A stretch of DNA of 64,000 nucleotides from positions 124,001-188,000 of the forward strand of contig JANJGN010000189.1 of NCBI GenBank assembly GCA_026770705.1. The letters run 5' to 3'. Both the position numbers and the translations under genes were made by a program. Positions 25,614 to 37,399 of this stretch are shown here, in pieces (the stretch's first letter is position 1; every line of letters begins with the position of its first letter). Origin of the DNA: Isurus oxyrinchus (lineage: Eukaryota). The notes beneath the pieces were generated by a model. That model was not told the origin of the DNA and made no database searches. It was given only the letters and a program-made list of their open reading frames with translations.

Positions 25614-27530
25614 GTGTTACCATCCCAGCTGATGTTACTACTGGGCAAGTCAGATCCCAGGGTGGAACTCAGCTTGATAGGTCCTAACTTTTATTTTTTA
25701 TTTAGGAATGTGGAGTGCGGCTACTGAACAGAGTCACAGGAGTCATCTGATGAACTTCTAACAAAAGAATAAAACATTTATTAAACTAGGAAAGACAAAC
25801 TATATGACATTACTGATTCACCCAGATCTATCCCTTTAAAGATTCATAAGTAGAACACAAGTTACTGTAACTATCTTATACTCTCATGTTCACACTAAGT
25901 ACACAGTCGATGTAAACCAATAGACGACCTGTGGTCAGGGATGCCACATTCTGAAAGCAAGTGGCAGAGCGCACTTGAAACAAATTCTATGTCTCATTTG
26001 TCCCCAGACGCTTGTTACACTGTGAGCCAACCAGTCTCACTGAAAAGCTTCTTTCATATGAGAGTTTCCAATCTCCACTCTCCAAGAACTCACTTTGGAG
26101 TCTCCTCCAACATGACACTTTCACTCAGACACCTTCCACAAGGGTCCACTTTCACTATTTCAAACTCTCCTTCCCATGTTCCTGCCCCCTGGATCGCCAC
26201 GTGCATTCAGCCTTCCTTCCACGCCCTGTCTCTCCAATGCTCAGCCGTGTCAATGGAACACCATGGCTTCACATGGCCGTAGTAATGAGTCACCAACCTG
26301 TGGTGTCTCCCAGGATCTTCTGGCTTCTCGCAAGCCTATTTTGCTTTAGGCCTGTGTCCTGCTGCTTTCTCCCTTTATGCTTGAAGCCTTCTTCTGCTCC
26401 TCACTCTTAACTTCACTTAACAGGGCCTTTTCCAGATTTGACTAGAAGGTTTTCTTGGGCCCTTTCTCCTGTCAAACTCTATAGTTTTGGCTTCTTCTTT
26501 ACTTTGGGACTGACTATCTGTCCCGCTCCTTTGCTGCTTCTCCTGGCAACTCCTTTCAACAGAACAGAAAGTACTTTTCTGTTTTTCTCTCTCTCTGTGA
26601 GTCCTACCCTCTGCATCACTGTTGCTAGGCAACAGCACAGTTTCTTACACCTTGTATTTGTTTTGACTTCCCTTCAACAGTCATTAAACCTCAATGGAAT
26701 GCTGGCTTCTTTTTAACACAAGTTCACCCTTTTCTCAACACCCAAATACAGAAATACAAACTAAACTTGAACTTAAAGATAGACCTTTTGCCTAATGCAC
26801 ACAAATACACATAGAACTTACTTAAGCGAACACCAGTTCCTAAAAATCACATGACACACTTCCCCTCGAGTGATGTCATGCTGCTGTCCCTGAAAGGCAT
26901 ATTACAACAGTGTTATCACTTGGCAGGTGATGTGTGCCAGGCAGACCAAGTCCTTGAGAGAAACCTGGTCACACTATCATAATGATTTTGCAATTTGTAT
27001 TTATTATGAGATGTGTGCACTTAATTCAGAAGCAATAACTCCCCCATACCTTTAGAGATTTAAAACAATAAATTAACATATTTGTCATCAAAATAAAAGA
27101 TTTCAAGCACATACATAACTACAATTACTGCTATCATAACACCTAAAATTCCTAATTAACCTGACTCCCAGTCACACTCCCTTTAAGGCAACAGACCAAA
27201 AATAAATGTTGGATTTAAAACAAAATCAGCAAGTTAACCCAATGCCCCGGACAGTGGAATTCCAAATGCATTGTCCCCAACTTCAGTTCTGTTGGAGAAC
27301 AGGCTTCTGCACAAACAGGGTCCTGAGGACCATGAACCAATGTAGAATGAACTTTTCCGCTTTTGTGTCCAGGATTCTCTTCCATCCGGTGTGAAACCTT
27401 GTGGGGTTCATTGTGTGTCCTGTAGATGGTCCACACTGCAGCCACTGTGCCCCAGTGATGGAGGGGGTGGATATCGAGTCTAGTGGATCAACAAAACATC
27501 CAGATTAAATATTGATATTTCTCTCCCCAG

Positions 27531-27908
27531 TTGGATTGTCACAAGAGTGGAAAGGTGACACTCCACGAGAGGTGACAGCGCAGGAAGGTTCGTGTGTACA
27601 GATTCCATGTCATTACAGTTATCCATCAGATTTGGTAAAGAAACCACAGGTCGGAATCTGGAAAATGAGAAGATACATACGGAACAAATGGTCTAAATGG
27701 TCTATAGCCTTTCACTCCAAGGGTCACAGTCGCGAGTTATCACAGTTCCACCATCGGACCCGGCTGTCTGGAGACCTGAAAGATGGCGACTGTTCCCTGA
27801 TTATAAACAACATCAGATGGGAAGATGCAGGACCTTATTTTTTCACGATAAAATTTGGCAATCGTCCGAGCCATAACTATTACCCTGAAACCCAGCTTCA
27901 CGTTTCTG
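27531..27908 (+). CDS. Siglec-like gene B, first V-set exon (Arg to Thr)
   Basis: ctccccag|TTGGA...TTTCTG|gtaagt, 378 nt; ...WKMRRYIRNKWSKWS...DAGPYFFTIKF. Confidence 0.88.
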
Positions 27909-28164
27909 GTAAGTGCTGTGTTATAATTACTCAACAATTCACATCCAACACTCAATGGGAAATAATAGTGTTTGATTTGCTTGTTTTTTGGCCGTGTTAA
28001 CCAGCGTCACTATTTTTAATGATTTGCCTATTTCTGCTCCCAGATCCATGAGCTTATTGTGTGTGATTGAATCCACATCATAGCTGTAACGTAAACCGAG
28101 CTGAGGGGTGATGACACCTCCCACCTGAGTGAAGTATCTCCTCCTCACTACACCTTCCACCCCT

Positions 28165-29184
28165 CACACTGCCTGTGTAATCTCCCGTCCCATCTCCAGC
28201 CTCTCTTTCCCCTCCAAAGTCCTTGAACGTGTTTCCATCTCCCGAATCCGTTCCCATCTTTCCCGGAACTCCATGTTTGAATCCCTCCAATCAGGTTCCC
28301 ACCCCAGCCACTGTGCTGAAACAGCTCTTATCAAGGTCACAAATGGCATCCTGTGTGACTGTGACAAAGGTCAACTTTCCCTCCTCGTCCTTCTCGATCT
28401 GTCTGCAGCCTTTGACATGCTCGACCACACCATCCTCCTCCAACACCTCTCCACTGTCGTCCAGCTGGGTGGGACTGCTCTCCCCTGGCTCCATTCTTAT
28501 CCATCTCATCGTAGCCAGAGAATCACTTGCAATGGCTTTGCAGCATCATCTGAACAGTGTTAGTTTTCACCTGTCCACTGAGGATCCCCAGCTCTACCTC
28601 ACCACCACCTCTCTCGACTCCTCCACTGCTGCTAAATTATCAGGCTGCTTATCCGACATCCAGTACTGGATGGGCAGAAATTCCCTCCAATTAAATATTG
28701 GAAAGACTGAAGCCATTGTCTTCATTCCCCACTCCAAACTCTGTTCCCTCGCTACCAACTCCATTCCTCTCCCTGGCAGCTCTCTGAGATTGAAGCCAAT
28801 CTGTTCACAGCTTTGTTGTCCCATTTGATCCTGAGATGAGCTTCCGGCCTCCATTTTGCGCCCTCACTAACACCGTCTATTTCCACCTCCGTAACATCGC
28901 ATGACATCACCCTGTCTCAGCTCATCTGCTGCTGAAACCGTCATCCACGCCTTCATTACCTCCAGACTCGACTGTTCCAACACACGCTCTACACTCCATA
29001 AACTTGAGGCCATCCAAAACTGCTGACCACGTCCTTACTCACACCTAGTCCCGTTCCCTTATCATCCGCTCTGCTCGATGACCGAGACTGGCTCCTGGTC
29101 AAGCAAAGTCTCAATGTCCAAATTTTTGAATATTGTTCCTCCCTATTACAGTAATCTCCTCCTTTATTTTCATCCACGGCAACA
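28165..29184 (+). mobile_element. L2-type LINE RT fragment
   Basis: Inverted copy of 5141-6165; LLDLSAAFD motif. Confidence 0.85.
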
Positions 29185-30104
29185 TTCCCTATCTCAGGAG
29201 CCTCCTCCAGTCCCTACAACCCTCCCTATCTCAGGAGCCTCCTCCAGTCCCTACAACCCTCCCTATCTCAGGAGACTCCTCCAGTCCCTACAACCCTCCT
29301 ATCTCAGTACCCTCTTCCAATCCCGAAAACCATTCCTATCACTGCAAACTCCTCTGGACCCAACACCCCTCCCTATCTCTTTAACCTCCTCAAGCCCCGA
29401 TAACCCTCGCGATATTTGTAGCCTCCTCCAGTCCTAACAACCTCCCCTATCTCTGCAACCTCCTCCAGACCGAATACCTCTCCCTATCTCTGTAAGCTGG
29501 TCCATCTCTTACAACCCATTATATTTCTGTAACCTCCTCCAGCCCACTACAACCCTCCCTATCTCTGTAACCTCCTCCAGTCCCTAAGAGTTTCCTTTAT
29601 CTCTGTAACCTCCTCCAGCCATTATAACCCTCCCTATCTCTGTAGCCTCCCTCAGCCCCAGCCACACTCCATATCTATCTAACCTCGTCCTGCCCCTACA
29701 AACCTCCCTATTTCTGTAACCCCATCCTGCCCCAAAAACTCCCCCATCTCTGTAAACTCCTCCAGTCCCTGCAACCTTCCCTACCTCTGGAACCTCCACC
29801 AGCCTTTCCAACCCTCCCTACCTCTGCAATCCGTCCAGCCCCTACAACTCTTCCTATCCCTGTAAACTCCTCCTGCCCCTAAAACCTTCTCTGCCCTTGC
29901 AGCCTCCTCCAGTCCCTACACGTTCCCCATCTCCATAAACTCCTCAAATCCCTATAGCCCTCCCTATCTCTGTTACCTCCTCCAGCCCCCACAAACCTCC
30001 CTATCTGTGTAACCTCCTCCAGCCCCAGATGGAAGGTGGGTCGAGCGGGTCAGTCACTTGCATGTTTATTCTGCAGCTTTAATATTTTAAGATGGTAAGA
30101 ATGT

Positions 30105-30930
30105 AGGAACATAAGAAATAGGGACAGGAGCAGGCCATTCGGCCCCTCCAGCCTGCTCTACTGATCTGGTTGTGGCCTTAACTCCATTTTCCTGCCTGTT
30201 CCCCAAACCCTTGACTCCCTTGTCGATCAAAAACCTGCCTCACTCAGCCTTGAGTCTATTCAATGGCCCAGCCTCCACTGCTGTCTGGGGAAGAGAATTC
30301 CACAGGCTAGCGCCCCTCTGAGAGAGGAAATTCCTCCTCATCTCAGTCTTGAATGGGAGAGCCCTCATTCCGAAACTGTGCTCCCTGGTTCTAGATTCCC
30401 CCACGAGGGGGAAACATCCTCCCAGCATCCACCCTGTCAAGCCCCCTCGGAATCGGATATGTTTCTATAAGGTCACCCCTCATTCTTCTAAACTCCAATG
30501 GATACAGGCCCAACCTGCTCAACATTTCCTCACAGGACAAACCCTTTAATCCCAGGAATCAGCCCAGTGAACCTCCTCTGAACTGCCTTCAATGCAGAGT
30601 CTATCCCTCCCTAAGTAAGGAGACCAGAACTGTACACACTGCTCCTGATATAATCTCACCCTGTGCAGCTGTTGCAAGACTTCCCTCCTTTTATACTCCA
30701 TCCCTTTGCAATAAAGGCCAACGTTCCACTTGCCTTCCTCATTCCGTGGTGTTCCTGAATGCTGACTTTCTGTGATTCATGTACAAGGACACCCAGATCC
30801 CTCTGTACTGCATTCAGCAGCCTCTCTCCATTTAAATAATATCCTGTTTTTCTATTCTTCCTGCCAAAATAATTTGTTGTAGTCCTCCTCAGTATTGACC
30901 ATCCCCCCAATTCAGCCTCATCTGTAAATT
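30105..30930 (-). mobile_element. CR1-type LINE 3' fragment
   Basis: Inverted copy of 3287-4112. Confidence 0.85.
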
Positions 30931-30987
30931 TGAGTCTAGTGGATCCACAAACCATCCAGAGTTAAATATTGAGATTTCTCTCCCCAG

Positions 30988-31356
30988 TTGAACCCTCACA
31001 AGAGTGGAACGGTGACACTCCACGAGAGGTGACAGCGCAGGAAGGTTCGTGTGTACAGATTCCTTGTCATTACAGTTATCCATCGTGTCTGGAAAACCAA
31101 CCGCGAGGTGGACTCTGGTTTAATAATGAGAAACAGATTCCCTGGGCTCCCATTGCCTTTCACTCCAAGGATCACAGTCACGAGTTACCACGGTTCCACC
31201 ATCGGACCTGGCTGTCTGGAAACCTGAAAGATGGCGACTGTTCCCTGATTATAAACAACATCAGACGGGAAGATGCAGGACCTTATTTTTTCAGGATAGA
31301 ATTTGACAATGGTCCGAGCCATAACTATTACCCTGTAACCCAGCTTCACGTTTCTG
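30988..31356 (+). CDS. Siglec-like gene B, second V-set exon (essential Arg present)
   Basis: ctccccag|TTGAA...TTTCTG|gtaagt, 369 nt; DAGPYFFRIEF. Confidence 0.88.
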
Positions 31357-32169
31357 GTAAGTGCTGTGTTATAATTACTCAACAATTCACATTCAACACT
31401 CAATGGGAAATAACGCAAACTGTGACGTTTACATATTAACACAAAACACAGCTTATTATAGCACACTGTCTGATTCTCAATAACCTGGTGATAGCTTCCA
31501 GTTCAGTCCTAAAGCAACCTCTAATACTCATTTTAATATCAATGATTAAAAGTATTGACTGTGTCCATCAATGTTATCAGGTTATCCACTCCCATCGATC
31601 TCCCTAACCCTGTTTGACAGTTTTCCATATCGACAAAAGAAAGATTCGCATTTCTATAGCGCCTTTCAACACCTCTGTACGTTGCAAATGGTTTCACAAC
31701 CAATGAAATAATTCTTGAAATGTTGCCCTTGTTGTAATATGGGACACACAGCAGCCAATTTATTCACAGGAAGCTCCCAGAAACAGCAATGTGATCAATA
31801 ACCTGATCATCTGTTTTAGATGCCGGTTCAGTGATTGGTTCAAATGGATTCTCTCCTGCTGGGAACAGGATAGAATTTAAATCTGGCAGATTTCAGAGAA
31901 AGTAACAAGCCAGTGTGTCAGGAACTGTGAGCTGCTCCCCCACCCTCACCTGGGATTGTCAGTTCAATTGTCTCAAAGTGGAAGTGAATTCATCTGAGAG
32001 ACAGAAAATCCACTAAGTCTGAAAATAGGAAATTCTCTCCTGATCGTTGTAATCTCTCAGTTCTGATATCATCCTTGTAAAAGTGCTTTCTCTTGTGGGA
32101 CTGTGGTTTCTATTTGAACTGATGTTTCACGTTATATTTCTCCAAAAGGATCCATTCTCTGTCTGTTAG

Positions 32170-32466
32170 ATTTCACAGATAAACCCATGATATTCCCTGC
32201 TGAAATTATTGCAGGAAAGCGTATGGATGTAAGCTGCACCTTCAACACAACGTGCAATGGAACAGCAGCACCTGTCTTAACCTGGGACACTGCCACTGAT
32301 GTACCTGGATCAGTCTCAAACACTGTAACTCAGCATGGTGTCACTCTGACCTATACTTCTGTTCTGACCCTGATCCCATCACTCCAACACCACGGACACA
32401 CTCTCAGCTGCAGAGTGAGATATCCATCTGTTTCATCGGAGCGGACCCTCATACTAACTGTGTAAG
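32170..32466 (+). CDS. Siglec-like gene B, first C-set Ig exon with in-frame TAA at its last full codon
   Basis: ctgttag|ATTTC; DFTDKPMIFPAEIIAGKRMDVSCTFNTTCNGTAAPVLTW...LSCRV...LILTV*; TAA at 32463-32465 directly precedes G|gtaagt. Confidence 0.85.
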
Positions 32467-32789
32467 GTAAGTACCGACACCTTTCATTCTACATCAGCAC
32501 TCCCTCAGCGCTGACCCTCTGACAGTGCAGCCCGTTCTCAGTATCTACATTCTCAGACCTCTCAAAGTGCTTCACAGTCGATAGAAGTTAACTGATCTTT
32601 ATTTGATTATTGCTGAATGAAGAGACAATCTGCCTAAACTTTACAGCTCGCACACATTATTTTCCATGGCAACACCGCCTCCAATCAGAGACCACTTGCC
32701 AATCAATCAGCACTCTCTTCCCATTAAATATAAATTGTTGTTCACTTCCTGTTGGTAAACCTGTGATCTGTCATGTTGAGTCCTGCCCT

Positions 32790-32942
32790 GACATCTGAAT
32801 ATCACAATGAACAGAACAAGTTCCAACAATGAGCTGTGGTTGGTGATTCCTCACGTTACATCCAGGGACACTGGAGACTATCAGTGTGTGGCAGAGAATG
32901 AACATGGAGCAGTGGAGGGGTTCATAACCATCACTGTGGAAC
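32790..32942 (+). pseudogene. 5'-truncated C2-set Ig exon of gene B
   Basis: HLNITMNRTSSNNELWLVIPHVTSRDTGDYQCVAENEHGAVEGFITITVE then |gtgagt; the first half and acceptor seen in the 62362/63410 exons are absent. Confidence 0.85.
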
Positions 32943-34060
32943 GTGAGTGTACACAGACTTCAACAGCTCTCTCAGATTCAAACACTACACAAACACAGAC
33001 AATTATACAAACCTAAATAGACACGTGCAGACACACAATCCCACATGTATGAGCACACAAAAGGACACACTCACAAACAAACACACTAACACATTCTCCC
33101 CCGTGGGTTACCTGACCTCCCTCAGTGCTGCACCGGAGAGTTGACATGGATTCTGGGAGTTGTATTCCCTTTCAAGTTTATGGAAGAATGCGGAAATTGC
33201 AAAGTCTATTAGACACCCAGATGCACAGAGATTCTCACAGATACTCTCTGCCTCTCTAACTCTCTATCCTCCTTTAAAAAGCTTCCTGAAATCTAACCCT
33301 TTGACCAGTCACCTGTCCCAACTCCTCCTTATGTAATTCTGTGTGAAATGTTGTTTGAGTATCTGACAGTAAGAGAGAGATGGAGAGGTTTACGAAGGAA
33401 TTTCTGTTGGTGAAAAGCTTACATCATGTTCTCACCTTTCCAGAGCCCATTTTGCACATGATGTCCAATGTCCAAGTTCATAATGGGGATTGCCTATGTA
33501 AACGTCACGCTGTAGTTATACTCTCCCACCAGTGGTGGCACGGTAGCACTTAACCCTTGCATCTCCTAGCTTTTCAAGCAATTTCCCATCCTAATTTGCT
33601 ACTATTCACCTCGACCACTTCCTGTGGGAGCGAGTTCCACATTCTCCTCTCTCTCTGGGTAAAGATTGGAACTGTTTATTAAGCGGGGGTTGTAAGTCCG
33701 TGGGGGAGTCCATCTCGATCCTGCCCGATTCGCACACACGTCCGAGATGGATTTCCACCCTGCACTAAACGTTTCCAGAATTTTCTACAGCACAATCCTG
33801 TACACAGCGATGGAGAGAAACATTGGACAGGGAGTCCAACAGCACAATGATCCATTCTCACCAATGTTCCACGCTAAGGGGAAAGTTCCGATTGTCCACT
33901 CTTCGAGTGTTTACAATGAAAACATTCATTCCACATTGAATCCCAGTGGATGGGTCAATATTACAGCAAATGTTGCAGTGATATGAAGCTTGATTGTTCA
34001 GCCAGAGTGAGAGATTGAAAGCAGAGAGTCAGTGATGATTTCTTTCTGTGTGCTCTCTAG

Positions 34061-34200
34061 ACAGTGGAGGAGAGATTCTGCATGTGATCCTGATCCTGGG
34101 AATACGAGCTGTGATATTCCTTGTGGCTGTGGTTATCACTATCGCTGGAGTCTGTGTCTGGGAGAGACAAACAGTGAAAGGAAGTCGACAGACTGTTTGA
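34061..34200 (+). CDS. Siglec-like gene B transmembrane exon with intramembrane Arg and short tail (activating type)
   Basis: tgctctctag| phase 1; SGGEILHVILILGIRAVIFLVAVVITIAGVCVWERQTVKGSRQTV*. Confidence 0.8.
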
Positions 34201-34314
34201 AGCTTTGTACAGCAACAATCTGGTCAGTCAGTGCGGACAAATAACGTGTGATGTTGGGTTAAGTTGTAATGAAACTGGTCAGAATCCTGGTTAGAATCAT
34301 CTCCGTATCATCGA

Positions 34315-34912
34315 GTTATTGCAGCAATGGAGGAGGACATTTGGCCCATTGAGACCATGCTGTCTCTCTGTAGAGCAATCCAGTCAGTCCCATTCCCCCG
34401 CTCTATCTCCGTATCCCTGTGAGTTTATTTCCAAGTGTCCGTCCAATTTCTGTTTGAAATCGTTCATTGTCTCCACTTCCACCATCCTCGTAGGCAGCGA
34501 GTTCCAGCTCATTACCACTCGCTGTGTAAAAAAGTTCCTTCTCACATCCCCCCTCTGCCCAAAACCTTCAATCTGTGTCCCCCAGTCCTTGTCCCATCAG
34601 CTAATGGCAACAGCTTCTCTTTGTCTACATTATCTAAACCCATCATCATCTTGTACACCTCGATCAGATCCCCCCTCAATCTCCTTTGCTCCAAGGAGAA
34701 CAACCCCAGCTTCTCCAACCCAACCTTGTAGCTAAAATCCCTCATCCCTGGACCCATTCTGCTCAATCTCCTCCCCACCCTCTCAAGGACCCTCACTTCC
34801 TTCCCAAAGTGAGGAGACCAGAACTGGACACAATACTCTAGTTGTGACCTAACCAGAGCTTTATAAATGTTCAGCATAACCTCCCTGTGTTTGTACTCAT
34901 TCCCTCGATTTA
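34315..34912 (-). mobile_element. CR1-type LINE 3' fragment
   Basis: YKALVRSQLEYCVQFWSP...LEKLGLFSLEQRRLRGDLIEVYK. Confidence 0.9.
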
Positions 34913-35621
34913 TGAAAAGCTTATTCTTTCCATCAGCACAAACAGCAATTTCCAAGTGGTCTCCCATCAGCAGACAGAGTGCAATGAAACATCGACATGC
35001 CTGCTTCTTAATGTACGGAGAGAAACCTGGAACGAGAGATTCTCCTTCTTCTCCTCAGCAAGCTGAAACTTTTCCTTATACCTGGTGCTCCCCAGTCCTG
35101 CTGTGTGGACACATCATAACCACGGCATTGTCTGGCTGTGTGCAGCCAACATGGTCGAATAGGAATGAACAGAAATGTGACGTTGCTAAACTCTGTTCTC
35201 TGATTGGAATGTGCTTTCTGAATGCTGCACCTTTTTCATGCTGCGATAGATTGTAAGAAGCATTTGGGTTATGAATAAAATTACATTGATTAACACAAGT
35301 GATTAAAATGCTCAGCCTGTTCTGTAGATATTTAAAGATTAAAATTCTTGTTTTGCTGCAAAATACTTGGCTCAAAGACATTACTTCATGTTGTCACGTT
35401 TTCCAATCAGATGAATTCCTCTGTCCATCTTTATAATAGAAATTTCCAATGTAAACATGTCACATTGTAGCTGCACACACTTGCCAGTGGGTGGTGTGAT
35501 ATCAAAGCTGTCTTGCTGCAGAGAAACAGCGAGAAATATTCCTGTTGTGTGCATGAACTTCATGTTAGCATGAGACACAGGCATCAGATGCAATTTTGTG
35601 CAATTTGTACAATGTTCTTTA

Positions 35622-36072
35622 GACAGCGCAGCACTCCCTCAGTCCTGACCCTCCAACAGTGCAGCACTCCCTCAGTTCAGACCCTCCTACAGTGCAGCAC
35701 TCCCTCAGTTCAAACCCTCCGACAGTGCAGCTCTCTCTCAGTTCATACCCTCCGACAGTGCAGCACTCCCTCAGTTCAAACCCTCCGACAGTGCAGCACT
35801 CCCTCATTTCAGAGCCTCCGACAGTGCAGCACTCCCTCATTTCAGACCCTCCGACAGTGCAGCACTCCCTCATTTCAGAGCCTCCGACAGTGCAGCTCTC
35901 CCTCATTTCAGAGCCTCCGACAGTGCAGCACTCCCTCAGTTCAAACCCTCCGACAGTGCAGCACTCCCTCAATTCAGAGCCTCCGACAGTGCAGCACTCC
36001 CTCAGTTCAAACCCTCCGACAGTGCAGCACTCCCTCAGTACTGAACCTCCGACAGTGCCGCACTACCTCAGT
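35622..36072 (+). repeat. 32-bp satellite array
   Basis: Tandem cagtgcagcactccctcagttcaaaccctccga units. Confidence 0.9.
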
Positions 36073-37399
36073 TCTTCTCCGCCGATGCTGCCAGACCTGC
36101 TGAGTTTTTCCACGTATTTCTGTTTCTGTTTTTGTTTTGAATTTCCAGCATCTGCAGTTTTTTTGCTTTTAGTGCTGGGCAGTTCCTCAGCAAGGATTCG
36201 GGCCACAAAACATTGCGAGTGCTGTGGGTCTGCGCCACGATTTAGAGAGCTGTGCTTGGCACGCCTATTCTAGTCCCAGTCCAGTGTGGTGGGGACAGCC
36301 TGGCAGTCCTGGGTTGGTGGTGCCCAGCATGGTGTGAGTGACGTGGTCAGTCCCTCACACACGTCGGTCCTGGGGGTGGGTGGCTTGATACTAGGCCGCA
36401 GGTGGCACAATCCCAGTCAGGGGAGGCATCTGCAGCCGGTCAGTGGGGAGCAGGTAATATAGAGAGTAGGGGTGGGGGTGGGAATCGAGGGGGGCCGGTG
36501 GTCTCTGTAAGTCACAGTACAATGGGCCTCTAGTTGGAGAGAGGTCAGGTCTACATGGGGCATTGGGATGTCAACATCAGACAGTCTAGGGAGGAGGACT
36601 GGGATGTCAACCCCGAACACAATAAGATCAAGGATTAGAGAGGAAGGGAGGAAACTGATTGGAAGGAGGGGAATGTGCACATTATGCTCCTCCAGCACGA
36701 TGGGAGGGACTGTGATGGTTACGGGGGTGGGGGGGTGAAGTGGGAGGGGATAGAAGCTTACCTGGTGGTATTGCCTCAGCCTCACCCTTTTTCAAGCTGA
36801 TCCAATGTCGCAGTTGAAGAATAAGCTACAAAACAAATTGGCAGGGGAGGTCTCCCAGGGCCTGTGGGAGACATCACCCACTGCATCTTCGGCCTGTTTG
36901 AAGGGGCACCCGAACAATTCCGGCTTTTCCAAATGATGAGGAAGACACAGCTGCACCCCGAGTCCCCTACTGGGGATCCAGAAGGTTGCAATAGCGCTGC
37001 GAGGGACTCATGGGCTCCACAGTGACTCCCTAATTAGCGACTGGAAGGTTTATGTTCATTTATCTTTATTATCCGTTCATATTGAGCAATGGAGCTCCTG
37101 ATTTGTCACCTTTCTGTACCTCGTCCAATGCTTCTGTTATCAGGACTTCCACATCGATGTGAAAGAGCCATGATGATAGCAGACAGTCGCACAATGGGAA
37201 TGGCACTAGGCCAGTGATCTAGAGGCCCAGGTGAATACTTTGAAGGCACGGGTTCAAATCCCACCATGGCAGCTGGAGGAATTTCAATTCCATTAATCAA
37301 TAAATTTAATTGATTGATACATTTTTTTCTTATTCATTTCAGGGATGTTGGTGTCGCTGGCTAGGCCAGTATTTGTTGCCCATCCCCAATTGCCTTTGA

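Noticed and set aside
35622-36072. 32-bp periodic arrays resembling a CRISPR array
   Set aside because: Units are head-to-tail with no unique spacers, no cas genes, and a eukaryotic context; this is a satellite that recurs throughout the window
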